Source: Candidatus Sungiibacteriota bacterium
GTDB lineage: Bacteria; Patescibacteriota; Minisyncoccia; Sungbacterales; HO2-52-23
Length of the DNA: 64,000 nucleotides
Reading direction: 5' to 3'
Assembly (NCBI GenBank): GCA_016206285.1
Contig: JACQRW010000024.1
Location: 1,376-65,375, forward strand
A program made the translations under genes and the position numbers. How positions within the stretch are numbered: position 1 is the stretch's first letter; every line of letters starts with the position of its first letter. The notes under the pieces were generated by a model. That model saw only the letters and a program-made list of their open reading frames with translations, was not told where the DNA came from and searched no databases. Positions 39,582 to 48,991 of this stretch are shown in pieces.

Positions 39582-40754
39582 CTATATTTTGGTATGCGTC
39601 CGCGAAATTCTCTTGACATTTTCTTCGCGGCCGGCATCATAAAGAGTCAAAATCTGATTTTCCATCCGCCAGGTAAAACGAAGTCCTTTGTCGCTAATGC
39701 GGCTCCATCGACAGTCGGCCGGGCTGTTGAAGAGCGGATCGGGCATGACCTCAGTGTTTAGAGAATTATGCCGCGATCCGTATTGGCACAAGAAATTGAT
39801 TTGTTTTACCATTTGCTTTTGGACTTCCGGCGCTGCATTGCGATAGAACTTCAAATAATAATATTCATATTTGACCTCAATGGCGACTTGCTCGTTATGT
39901 TCTTCGGGATTTCCGCACCAGATCGCTTTTTGAGGCAATTCCTCGGGGATGGCATTGCGCTTACTCCCAAAATCGCGAATCTGCTCTGCACACGCAAAAA
40001 GCCGAGTCGACAGTGTAGGATAAGCAAGCCCGATTTTTTCAATCGCTTTAGCGTCAGTATCCTCTTGCGTTGATTCCAATTCATGAATACGGAAATCTTT
40101 TGCTTCGAGTTTCGATTGAAGCCGCTTAAGTTCCTCCATATAATATTCTCCCCGTTCAAGCAACATATCATTCTGTTGTTCCAAATATGTCACTTGATTT
40201 GTCAGACGCACCGTCTCATCCAAAATCGTCTGCACTGCCACGGCGATTGTCTCGCAAGGATGCTGCGGCTCGTCCGCGGACCTGCGCTCTGTCACCAACA
40301 TGATACTCGCCGCCATTTCAGCTGCATGCAATGTTTCCTCGCGCATTTTCCGTTGTTCTTCAAGATCAACAATCTGTTGCCATGTGGTAATGCCGCAATC
40401 AAGCAGTATTTGCAAGGGACGCGTCCTTTTAGAACCCTTTTGCAGCAATCCATTGATTTCTTCTATTCTCTTTTGATCTTCGCCTTTTAAGTACACATAG
40501 ACCATACAGTATTGGCCTACATATCGGTCAACGGACGAATCACTGCTCTCTAAATTTTGCTCTTCCATCTCTTTCAATGCTGCACTTTTTGATCCTGGTA
40601 TTCGAAAGGAATAGTCTCCCGTTACATGTTTCAGCATTATCTTTTGCCGTTTTCTTACTATTGGCGTAAAGAATGCACGTGTCTCATCGAAAAGATCGAA
40701 AATATCAATTGGCGCAATATCAATTGGTGCCGGCATACATATCTCCTTTTCCAT
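39582..40754 (-). CDS. Coiled-coil protein with putative C-terminal RelE/ParE-like domain
   Basis: Central heptad coil; C-terminal QMVKQINFL...RHNSLNTE...WSRISDKGLRFTW...LYDAG. Confidence 0.55.
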   Translation of the reverse strand: MEKEICMPAPIDIAPIDIFDLFDETRAFFTPIVRKRQKIMLKHVTGDYSFRIPGSKSAALKEMEEQNLESSDSSVDRYVGQYCMVYVYLKGEDQKRIEEINGLLQKGSKRTRPLQILLDCGITTWQQIVDLEEQRKMREETLHAAEMAASIMLVTERRSADEPQHPCETIAVAVQTILDETVRLTNQVTYLEQQNDMLLERGEYYMEELKRLQSKLEAKDFRIHELESTQEDTDAKAIEKIGLAYPTLSTRLFACAEQIRDFGSKRNAIPEELPQKAIWCGNPEEHNEQVAIEVKYEYYYLKFYRNAAPEVQKQMVKQINFLCQYGSRHNSLNTEVMPDPLFNSPADCRWSRISDKGLRFTWRMENQILTLYDAGREENVKRISRTHTKI

Positions 40755-40884
40755 TAAAATGCCATGTAAAGAAGCTGCCTTAACTTAAGGTCAAAAGCAG
40801 GATATTGTCAATCTTGGCGCGTACCTGCCGCACAGTTGAAAAAAAATAAGAAACCGTGTAGAATACCGGTAGTTTTGAAAAAAT

Positions 40885-40956
40885 GCCGCGGTAGCTCAGT
40901 GGTAGAGCAGACGCCTGAAGAGCGTCGTGTCGTCAGTTCAATTCTGACCCGCGGCA
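40885..40956 (+). tRNA. tRNA-Phe(GAA)
   Basis: Cloverleaf; loop CT GAA GA. Confidence 0.93.
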
Positions 40957-40971
40957 CAGTGAACAGTTTTT

Positions 40972-41042
40972 GCGGCCATGGTTTAGTGGTAGAACACGAC
41001 CTTGCCAAGGTTGAAACGGGAGTTCGATTCTCCCTGGCCGCA
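40972..41042 (+). tRNA. tRNA-Gly(GCC)
   Basis: Cloverleaf; loop TT GCC AA. Confidence 0.93.
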
Positions 41043-41172
41043 TGGACAGCAATCGAAATCGGGAAAGGGGTAGGGAAAACGGGAGTTTTTCCGTGGTGGA
41101 AGATTTGAAACCGCAAGGTTTCAAGGAGCACTAGCGACGAGTTCTAGCGAAGCGGATTCTCCCTGGCCGCAT
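41026..41172 (+). repeat. 18-bp direct repeat of the tRNA-Gly 3' end flanking a small insert
   Basis: GATTCTCCCTGGCCGCAT at 41026-41043 and 41155-41172. Confidence 0.8.
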
Positions 41173-41280
41173 ACGTTATCCACAGATGATTTTTGACATG
41201 GCATCGGGTATACTGAAAGCACTAGAGAAGTTATGTACTCTGCCAAAGGTCGAAGTATTTTCATGACCAAAAAATATAAA

Positions 41281-41670
41281 ATGAACTCAAAACAATTTTT
41301 GATTCTGGGAGGTCTGGTATTGGTGCTTGTCGCAGTGCTTGGCATGGTCGGCGTGATCGGCCCGACAGCGGAGCAAAGCATTTTCGGACCGAACTGGTGG
41401 TTTGATGCCGGAGAAAACTGGGCGCATCTGGTACTTGGTGTCGTGGCGCTCCTTGCCGCATTCGTGCTTCCGGCAGGCATGCAAAAGCCGCTGGTTATCC
41501 TCGTAGGTCTGCTCGCGCTCGTCGTGGGTGTCTACAGCGCCGCGGTTTCCACTATGCTGCTTGGTGCAAACCTTGAGAACCCGGCAGACACAGTACTCCA
41601 TATTGCCGTCGGCCTGTGGGCGCTTCTTGCAGCAATGATGGGTAAAGAAAGCAGCTCGATGCCCATGTAG
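41281..41670 (+). CDS. 4-TM membrane protein (DUF4383-like)
   Basis: ENWAHLVLG and DTVLHIAVG His-containing repeats. Confidence 0.65.
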   Translation: MNSKQFLILGGLVLVLVAVLGMVGVIGPTAEQSIFGPNWWFDAGENWAHLVLGVVALLAAFVLPAGMQKPLVILVGLLALVVGVYSAAVSTMLLGANLENPADTVLHIAVGLWALLAAMMGKESSSMPM

Positions 41671-41690
41671 TTTTCCGGAAAGGAACCTAC

Positions 41691-41728
41691 AACTAAAATC
41701 ATTCCGACATGTCGGAATGATTTTAGTT
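41691..41728. terminator. Perfect 38-bp palindrome, bidirectional terminator candidate
   Basis: AACTAAAATCATTCCGACATGTCGGAATGATTTTAGTT between convergent genes. Confidence 0.7.
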
Positions 41729-41739
41729 TGGAAAATCGT

Positions 41740-42132
41740 TCATTTCTGGAGTTCTAGAAGGACTATCAGGACGAGGTTCACAATAACAAATTTTTCTACC
41801 AGAAATCTCCTTATAGTTTCAATTCGTTCAAGATCATAGTACATAGGCCTTCTGGCTTCTGCAGTCCTCCCCTCGGAGAACTCTAGTGTGACACCCTCTA
41901 TATTATCATATTGAACATTATAGATATCTCTTTTTTTATAAACTATCATTCGCTCGTAATATCGAATCTTAAACCAGTACCACATCAGAATCAAAATGAC
42001 AAAAATAAACAAAAAAGCGTTGCACAAAAAAAATACAACCAGACCTGTAAAGAAGAGTGCAATTTCGTCAATTTGAACAAGTTGGAAATTGTCTTTTCTT
42101 TTCATTTTATCTACCCAATCCTCAGAAGACAT
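41740..42132 (-). CDS. AT-rich membrane hypothetical protein
   Basis: 130 aa ORF with hydrophobic segments at the tRNA-Leu 3' end. Confidence 0.45.
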   Translation of the reverse strand: MSSEDWVDKMKRKDNFQLVQIDEIALFFTGLVVFFLCNAFLFIFVILILMWYWFKIRYYERMIVYKKRDIYNVQYDNIEGVTLEFSEGRTAEARRPMYYDLERIETIRRFLVEKFVIVNLVLIVLLELQK

Positions 42133-42192
42133 ATTTGCAATTATAATGTTCAGTATTTATTGACATACTGTTTCGTTATAGAAGTCTATTGA

Positions 42193-42276
42193 TGCCCGGG
42201 GTGGGACTCGAACCCACACGAGGTTTCCCTCAGCAGATTTTAAGTCTGCCCTGGCTACCAGTTACAGCACCCGGGC
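42193..42276 (-). tRNA. tRNA-Leu(UAA)
   Basis: Type II cloverleaf; loop CT TAA AA. Confidence 0.92.
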
Positions 42277-42943
42277 TTATCATTGTTTTATATTTTTCCC
42301 ATCCTACTCTGGATTGCAAACATAGCTTTGCACTCTGTAATTTCCTCTCTAAAGCTAAACAGTCTTTATAATAACATTGCCCGAGAATAAGTTTTGCCGC
42401 AATTTTGCCAAACTTTAAGACATATAATTCATTCCGTCTGTTTTTTCTCGGATAGGTATGAATTTTACCGCTAACCCCAAGACACTCCGCACATTTTACC
42501 TGAAGCCACTCTGTAAATCTACTTGAACCGGAAACAACCTTTACTGACCACTGCTCTCCGCCATTTGTAGGATGACGCCAAGTAAGAATCGAGCCGTCAC
42601 CATCAATTACTCCTCGAAAAAAATCCGGAAAATACTCGAGAGGCACCCTAAGTGCTCCAATCGTGAGCGATTTCCTTTCTGTCAGACCAATCTGCAAAAG
42701 GTAATTATAGAATTTAACATCACTAAATTGAAGAAAGGCATAATTTTTTTCTTTTGACCCACCTCGGGTCTTCTTTATGATTTTTACTTTCAGTCCTAAG
42801 GCATCTCTTACAGTAGTAAGATAGTGCTCATCCTTAGCAGTAATATTGATATGCCGTTTATCTTTACTCAAATTACCATCCGTAGCTATCAAGCCAACTA
42901 CATACCACAAATGTCCGGGCTGTATTAGTTTTAAGTCCACCAT
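42230..42943 (-). CDS. Two-motif LAGLIDADG endonuclease-like protein
   Basis: YVVGLIATDG and FFRGVIDGDG motifs; probable start 42943. Confidence 0.85.
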   Translation of the reverse strand: MVDLKLIQPGHLWYVVGLIATDGNLSKDKRHINITAKDEHYLTTVRDALGLKVKIIKKTRGGSKEKNYAFLQFSDVKFYNYLLQIGLTERKSLTIGALRVPLEYFPDFFRGVIDGDGSILTWRHPTNGGEQWSVKVVSGSSRFTEWLQVKCAECLGVSGKIHTYPRKNRRNELYVLKFGKIAAKLILGQCYYKDCLALERKLQSAKLCLQSRVGWEKYKTMISPGAVTGSQGRLKIC

Positions 42944-42977
42944 ACAGTAATGGTACATATAAAGGGGCCTAAGGACA

Positions 42978-43050
42978 AGGTGCAGGAGGGATTCGCACCC
43001 TCGTATAACGGTTTTGCAGACCGTCGCGTTAGCTTCTTCGCCACTGCACC
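42978..43050 (-). tRNA. tRNA-Cys(GCA)
   Basis: Cloverleaf; loop CT GCA AA; T-loop GTGCGAATC. Confidence 0.88.
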
Positions 43051-43051
43051 A

Positions 43052-43402
43052 TTATAACTCGCCTTTTTGTTTTAATTCCGCCAAAGATTTTTCCACCCGC
43101 TCGCGGCGGTCTTCGGCGCTATCCGGCAGAAAACGGATCTGCGGAACCGGACGCATACGGACGGCCCGGTTGAGCATCTGCTGGATCGGATAGATATTTT
43201 TTTCAAACACCGCCAAAACTTCAGCCTCACTGCCGCCCAATACCGAGAAAAATATAGTCGCATACCGGCTGTCTTTTGATACAACCATGCGCGTAAGCGT
43301 AACCAGACACCCTTCGGGAAACTCAAGTTCGCGGTCAATGATCTTACTCACCTCCTCTTTCAAAAATACGCTCAATTGTTCAATGCGGCGCGGGGATGCC
43401 AT
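43052..43402 (-). CDS. rbfA: Ribosome-binding factor A
   Basis: VTLTRMVVSKDSRYA, RMRPVPQIRF; downstream of infB. Confidence 0.9.
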   Translation of the reverse strand: MASPRRIEQLSVFLKEEVSKIIDRELEFPEGCLVTLTRMVVSKDSRYATIFFSVLGGSEAEVLAVFEKNIYPIQQMLNRAVRMRPVPQIRFLPDSAEDRRERVEKSLAELKQKGEL

Positions 43403-43408
43403 AATGGC

Positions 43409-44941
43409 TTAACTTAATTTCTGCCTGGTAATTTCTTCAAGAAACGCTTCGATCATATCACCCTCGATAATGGGCGTTTTAGTTTCGATCAACATGCCAA
43501 ATTCCGACCCTTTTTCAACCGTATCCGCATCAGACTTGTTGCGCTGGAGCTGGACAATGGTGCCGGTTCCGATCACTTCCCGCATGCGCGAAATTTCAAT
43601 CTTGGCGCCTTTTTTAACCACCCCAAGTTCTACGCGCCCGCCAATCACCTGATTATTGCCGTCTTTCTTGAAAATTTTCAGTATTTTTGCCTTGCCAAGC
43701 GACGTGCGCGTAATCTGCGGCGGAATGATTTCTTCCATTTTTTTGCGCGCCTCATCCAGTATCTCGTAAATCACATCGCCCCGGATAATACGCACATGCT
43801 CATGCTCGGCAAGCATGGCTGCGGTCGTATTGATATTCACCTTGAATCCCACGATCGTGACCAATTTGGTCGCAAGCGCCAGCTTTACATCGGACTCATT
43901 GATATCTCCCACTTCGCTCCGCAAAATTTTGACTCCGACAATATCCGAGTCAAGCTTTGCAAGCGATTCTTCAAGAGCTTCTTTGGAGCCGGATACGTCA
44001 GCTTTCACAATAAGATGAAAGACTGGCCTGCCGTGTACAATAGTATTTTCTCCGCCTGTAGATTTTTCAGGACTTGATACTGCATCGGGAAGCGATGAGA
44101 TAAAAAGCTCGGCTTCACCTTTGGTTGCAAATGAATGGAATGAATCGCCTACCGCCGGCGTCTCATGCAAACCTGTGATCCTGACCGGCGACGAAGGGCC
44201 CGCCTCCGTAATCGGCTGCCCAAGAAAATTTTCAAAGATTTTTATGCTCTCCAGCGATCTCCCGATTACGAGACTATGGCCTTTCAGAAGCGTACCGTCG
44301 CGCACCAAAAGAGTCGCGCTGATACCCCGGCGGTTGTCGCGCTCGGTTTCCAGCACTACTCCCTGGCCGGGCTTCTCCGGATGGCTGACAAAATGGTTTA
44401 CATCGGCAAGCAAAAGCAGCAGCGAGAGCAGATCGTCCATATGCGCTCCGGTCTGTCCGCTCACCTCTACAGACGGAATTTTGCCGCCATACGACTCGAC
44501 CAGCACGTTTTCCTTGGCAAGCTCCTGCTTTACGCGCTCCGGATTCGCTTCCGGCTTGTCCATCTTATTGATTGCCACCACATATGGCAGATTGTTTTCT
44601 GCCGCAATAGCCAGCGCCTCGCGCGTCTGCGGCTTCACGCCTTCGTCAGCGGCAACCACAATAACCGCCAGATCAGCGACTTGCGCTCCGCGTGAACGAA
44701 GTTTGGAAAAAAGTTCATGCCCGGGCGTGTCAATAAACGTAATACCGCGGCCATCTTGCGTCACTTCATACGCGCCTATATGCTGCGTAATCCCGCCGGA
44801 TTCCGATGCGACTACTTTTGTCTTGCGATACCAGTCCAGAATCGTGGTCTTCCCATGGTCAACATGCCCCATGACCACTACGATAGGAGGCCTCACGGCT
44901 ACGGTATTTTGTGTTATTGTGCTATCAGCTTTTTCTGTCAT
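43409..44941 (-). CDS. infB: Translation initiation factor IF-2 (short, no N-terminal domain)
   Basis: RPPIVVVMGHVDHGKT, GGITQHIGAY, DTPGHE, NKMD. Confidence 0.96.
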   Translation of the reverse strand: MTEKADSTITQNTVAVRPPIVVVMGHVDHGKTTILDWYRKTKVVASESGGITQHIGAYEVTQDGRGITFIDTPGHELFSKLRSRGAQVADLAVIVVAADEGVKPQTREALAIAAENNLPYVVAINKMDKPEANPERVKQELAKENVLVESYGGKIPSVEVSGQTGAHMDDLLSLLLLLADVNHFVSHPEKPGQGVVLETERDNRRGISATLLVRDGTLLKGHSLVIGRSLESIKIFENFLGQPITEAGPSSPVRITGLHETPAVGDSFHSFATKGEAELFISSLPDAVSSPEKSTGGENTIVHGRPVFHLIVKADVSGSKEALEESLAKLDSDIVGVKILRSEVGDINESDVKLALATKLVTIVGFKVNINTTAAMLAEHEHVRIIRGDVIYEILDEARKKMEEIIPPQITRTSLGKAKILKIFKKDGNNQVIGGRVELGVVKKGAKIEISRMREVIGTGTIVQLQRNKSDADTVEKGSEFGMLIETKTPIIEGDMIEAFLEEITRQKLS

Positions 44942-44943
44942 GA

Positions 44944-45402
44944 TTATTTCTGCATTGTTTCCTCCAACACCTTTTTCTCTTCTTCCGACAATTGATGCCT
45001 TGACCGCCCCCGTTCAATCGCTTTCCCGTAGATTCTCACGCCTTCGCGCGCAAAGAGCGAAGATACCATCACGCCCGTATTCTCGGCATCAAGCAGCGTC
45101 AGAATAAAACTATTGTCTCCGCCCGTATCATGAAACGGGTTAAATCTTACAAAACCTATTTTCTGCACGCTCATATCCGCTATGGCTTCTGTACGCGCGA
45201 GCCGCGGCTCCAATTCTTCAAGCTGCGTCTCAATCCTGCCCAAGCGCCTCACCACTTCGGCATGCATATCGTCCCCGGCGAGCTCCACGCCTCCGTACAG
45301 CTTGGCTATCTTTTTTTGGAGAGCCGCAATATACCATGCGCCAATGCCCCAGCTTACGATCAATAATCCGAATAAAATAAAAAATAGATACGCCATGGAC
45401 AT
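44944..45402 (-). CDS. DUF4446-like membrane-anchored protein
   Basis: QKIGFVRFNPF.DTGGDNSF, LSEEEK. Confidence 0.75.
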   Translation of the reverse strand: MSMAYLFFILFGLLIVSWGIGAWYIAALQKKIAKLYGGVELAGDDMHAEVVRRLGRIETQLEELEPRLARTEAIADMSVQKIGFVRFNPFHDTGGDNSFILTLLDAENTGVMVSSLFAREGVRIYGKAIERGRSRHQLSEEEKKVLEETMQK

Positions 45403-45531
45403 ATCAGCCAGTGTAAACGCTTTTTCGCGATCCGTCCAGCTCTGGCACCCCGCTGAAAAGTACCTTATACTATAGTGGCTATCGCGACATATCCCCTCTT
45501 CCAGGACAGTAGACATCACAAGTCTATAAAA

Positions 45532-47193
45532 ATGATTTCGTTTTTGCACGCATATATCAAAAAGCTGACCGCAAAAAACAAAACCGTTTTTATTTTTCTC
45601 TGCGGCATAACGCTCTTTGCATACGGCACCATCCTGCCCGGAAATTTTGTCTTTGACGACAACATCTTCATACAAAATAACATTCAGATACGCTCGCTTG
45701 GCAATATCGGCGAGATTTATTCAAGCAATACGACTGCAGGATCGGGACTCATCGGAGACAATTTCTACCGCCCCAACCAGCAGCTCATCTACGCCATTTT
45801 ATATTCGCTCTTTGAGCTTACCCCTTTTTTCTTTCATCTGATCTCGCTGGCGTTTCATGCACTGAACGGCTGCCTGGTATTTGTGCTGTTCTCCAAAATC
45901 GGGTTGAAACGGCGCACGGCATTTTTCGGCTCGCTTTTGTTTTTACTCCATCCCATTCTCACCGAAGCCGTCAGTTATATATCCGGGCTTTCAGACCCGC
46001 TGGCCGCCTCCACCATATTGCTGACGCTTTTGATTTTTCTTGAAGCAATCAAAGATATTCCGCCAAAAAAGCATGTGCAGTGGCTCCTGCTCGGCGCAGC
46101 TGTTTTTTCTCTCGGACTGTTTTCAAAGGAAAATCAAATCGTATCGCTCGGCCTGCTTGCCGCACTGGCAATATGTGAATACAAAAGAGGCCGCCTGCCG
46201 CGCATATTTCCGGCAGTCGTATTCATCGGTATCCTCTCAATCATCGCCTCTGTGTATGTCTACGCGCGGCTGACTGTTCTGGACTTTACCGGCGTTGTCG
46301 GGCTCACTCCGGAAATCAACAACTACACGCAGCATATTAACATCCGGCTTGCGACATTCATCCATATTTTGCCGGAGTACTTCAAAATGATGCTGTTTCC
46401 GTGGCACTTAAACTATGAGAAGCCCTACGCCGCCTACGGCTCGCTTGCCGGAATCCAGTCCGGCATCGGCATGCTTATACTGCTCGCCATGGGCATAGTG
46501 GCAGTGGCTGGCATCTTCAAAAAAAATATCGGGGTATTGCACGGCAGTTTTCTTGGGTTGTCGTGGTTCATTATGGCTCTTCTTCCGGTCAGCGGCATCA
46601 TACCGGTCAACGCCATGTATTTGGAGCATTGGCTTTATCTGCCCATTATCGGGATCATTCTTGCGCTGTGTTTTCTCGCCGAGTTTCTCGCCAAAAAATT
46701 GCCGCCAGCCGTAAAAAAAATCGCCCTGTTGGCGTTTCCGGTTATCCTGATACTTTTCATTGCGCGCATCATGATGCGCAATGCCGAGTGGGGCGATCCG
46801 ATACGGTTTTATACCAATGAACTGCGCTATACCCAATCTTCGGCGCGAATCTATACCGACCTTGGCATGGAAGAGGCTGTGCGGGGCCGATGCGATGTTG
46901 CCATCGGGCATTATGAAAAAGCAATTTCACTCAACGACACCTACCCGCAAACGCACCACAACATGGCGCGATGCCTTGAGCATATGGGAAAACCGGAGGC
47001 GGCGGCAAACGAATATCTGAAGGCATTGTTTATCCAGCCAAATTTCATTTATAGTCTTGCAGGGCTTTCCAACCTCCTTTCTTCAGTCGGAGACCGCCGC
47101 GGCGCAAGCTTTTTTGAACTCACTCTCAAAGCGCAAAAAAATGAGCCGGTCACGAGAGCAGATATTATGCAGACGGTGCAGGAACAGCAGTAA
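45532..47193 (+). CDS. GT-C membrane glycosyltransferase with C-terminal TPRs (TMTC/PMT-like)
   Basis: FVFDD, FYRP, LHPILTEAV, SKE, EHWLYLP; TPR-like tail. Confidence 0.8.
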   Translation: MISFLHAYIKKLTAKNKTVFIFLCGITLFAYGTILPGNFVFDDNIFIQNNIQIRSLGNIGEIYSSNTTAGSGLIGDNFYRPNQQLIYAILYSLFELTPFFFHLISLAFHALNGCLVFVLFSKIGLKRRTAFFGSLLFLLHPILTEAVSYISGLSDPLAASTILLTLLIFLEAIKDIPPKKHVQWLLLGAAVFSLGLFSKENQIVSLGLLAALAICEYKRGRLPRIFPAVVFIGILSIIASVYVYARLTVLDFTGVVGLTPEINNYTQHINIRLATFIHILPEYFKMMLFPWHLNYEKPYAAYGSLAGIQSGIGMLILLAMGIVAVAGIFKKNIGVLHGSFLGLSWFIMALLPVSGIIPVNAMYLEHWLYLPIIGIILALCFLAEFLAKKLPPAVKKIALLAFPVILILFIARIMMRNAEWGDPIRFYTNELRYTQSSARIYTDLGMEEAVRGRCDVAIGHYEKAISLNDTYPQTHHNMARCLEHMGKPEAAANEYLKALFIQPNFIYSLAGLSNLLSSVGDRRGASFFELTLKAQKNEPVTRADIMQTVQEQQ

Positions 47194-47223
47194 TGATGAT
47201 TTTATTCAGTTTATAGCTATAAG

Positions 47224-47343
47224 TCAACGGTGATTAATTCTGATTCTAAACTCAATAACTTTTTTGAGCAGCTCTTTTACCACCTCGTCTTTGAAGTAGC
47301 TATTGCCCGGACTCATGCCTATCACTGGATATATTTTGGTCAT
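47224..47343 (-). pseudogene. Truncated cyclodipeptide synthase N-terminus
   Basis: PVIGMSPGNSYFKDEVVKELL matches the CDPS GxSxxNxYF motif; only 39 aa. Confidence 0.6.
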
Positions 47344-47406
47344 ATGCGGTTCGAATATGGAATTTTGCGGACATTGTCCGCCGAAGCCCGCTATAGCGGG
47401 CGAAGA

Positions 47407-47493
47407 CGGAGGCGGGAGGATTCGAACCTCCGAGGGGATTGCTCCCCTACCGGTTTTCGAGACCGGCGATTTCAACCACTCACCCACGCCTCC
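47407..47493 (-). tRNA. tRNA-Ser(CGA)
   Basis: Type II cloverleaf; loop CT CGA AA. Confidence 0.93.
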
Positions 47494-47646
47494 GTGAATG
47501 CATAATAGCGCGTTCAAACTAACACAAAATAATCATAAAATCAACCTAATTTCTGCCATTCACGATGACCAAACAAAAAGAACAACCGCGGACATAAACC
47601 CGCGGCATTTTTATCCAATGTGTCCGAAACGCTGTACCAAAACGCG

Positions 47647-48063
47647 CTAAGACGCGAGGCCCGTCTTATCTTTTACTTTTTGGATCACATCGCTGAGCTG
47701 CCAATGGGACTTGACCAGATATTCATATGCGCCAAGTTCTACGGCATCAGCCAGCACTTTCATATCGCGATCTATATTGGTGAGCAAAATCACTTCCGCG
47801 TGCCTGCCCCATGCGTCGTCGCGAAGCCGCTTGAGCACGTCAATGCCGCCAATGCCGGGAAGCAGCAAATCAAGCAAAATAATGTCCGGGTGCGCCGAAA
47901 GCGCCATCTCCAGGCCAGCTTCGCCGGTTGGCGCTTCAAGCACTTCAAACCCTTCCTCCTGAAAAGTATCTCCCAAAGTGCGCAAAAGCGCCGCCTCGTC
48001 TTCAATAATCAATATCTTCTTGCCATTCCCCGCTTTTTTATTTTCTGTGGTTTTGTTTGTCAT
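47647..48063 (-). CDS. Single-domain response regulator receiver
   Basis: ILIIEDE, PDIILLDLLLPG, ILLTN, YLVK. Confidence 0.88.
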   Translation of the reverse strand: MTNKTTENKKAGNGKKILIIEDEAALLRTLGDTFQEEGFEVLEAPTGEAGLEMALSAHPDIILLDLLLPGIGGIDVLKRLRDDAWGRHAEVILLTNIDRDMKVLADAVELGAYEYLVKSHWQLSDVIQKVKDKTGLAS

Positions 48064-48154
48064 AGCTATAGTATATACAGGAACGGTTTTAAAATGCAAC
48101 AACCCTTCTTTATACAACAGTAAACCTCTCTGAAACGTGTCAGAGAGGCTGCTT

Positions 48155-48736
48155 TTATGGAGATAGGATACGGTACTGAACAACATGCGTTCGGATAACA
48201 AGAACGCATAATGCAGTTGATTGAGTAATAAAAAACGAGACCGGTTGTGCCGCATCTTCCCACGTAACATGAGGAATTGCGGCTATAGCGCATAGACTGC
48301 CGAACCACCCGATCGCCCATGCAAGTTTATCTTCGCGTTCCGGATGCTGCCATGCCGAATCAAACGTCGGCAAACAACCGATACTGTTTGCGATCAGGCT
48401 TGCCCAGATACCATACAGCGAATCATGAGAGATTTTCCATAAAATAACGCCGATAACGGAAACTGCCAGGCAATAGGTATGCAAAGGCTTCCACGCCAGA
48501 GAACCATATCGCAATGCAAGGATCAAAATAATACATGTGCCGACAGCTCCTCCTACGATTTGCCCGTTAACCGCGTGTTTTTCGTACATACTGAAGAAAA
48601 AACCAAGATCAACAATTGTCCAGATAATCCACGATGCCTTGACCGGCTCCTTTCCTTTATACAAAATTGCATACCCGTAAAAAAGCAGCGAAATCAATGC
48701 AAGCAGTCCCGCAAAAATCGTCAGCCCCTTTTGCAC
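48155..48736 (-). CDS. Multi-TM membrane protein
   Basis: About 6-7 TM segments; P..ASW.IW and PT..SAW..PERE motifs. Confidence 0.7.
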   Translation of the reverse strand: MQKGLTIFAGLLALISLLFYGYAILYKGKEPVKASWIIWTIVDLGFFFSMYEKHAVNGQIVGGAVGTCIILILALRYGSLAWKPLHTYCLAVSVIGVILWKISHDSLYGIWASLIANSIGCLPTFDSAWQHPEREDKLAWAIGWFGSLCAIAAIPHVTWEDAAQPVSFFITQSTALCVLVIRTHVVQYRILSP

Positions 48737-48869
48737 CGCATCCCCCCTTTTTTATGTCCGGCATATATTATGAACTGTTACAGTCCTAACATGTCACAAA
48801 TACGCTGGCAAGTTGGCACAAACAAAGAACCATCTTTGAGAGATGGCTTTTTGACGGCAATAAAAAAAT

Positions 48870-48943
48870 TGGTGGACCTACGGGGAGTCGAACCCCGGTA
48901 TCGCGAATGCCATTCGCGCACTCTGCCATTGAGTTATAGGCCC
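48870..48943 (-). tRNA. tRNA-Ala(GGC)
   Basis: G3:U70 pair, anticodon GGC, CCA encoded. Confidence 0.93.
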
Positions 48944-48991
48944 AAATGAAGTCTCTATTTCAAGATAGAGGCCTCATGAGAAAAAGACACT

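Noticed and set aside
42193-42958. Group I intron in tRNA-Leu(UAA) encoding the LAGLIDADG protein
   Set aside because: The anticodon loop is contiguous and both neighbouring tRNAs are intact
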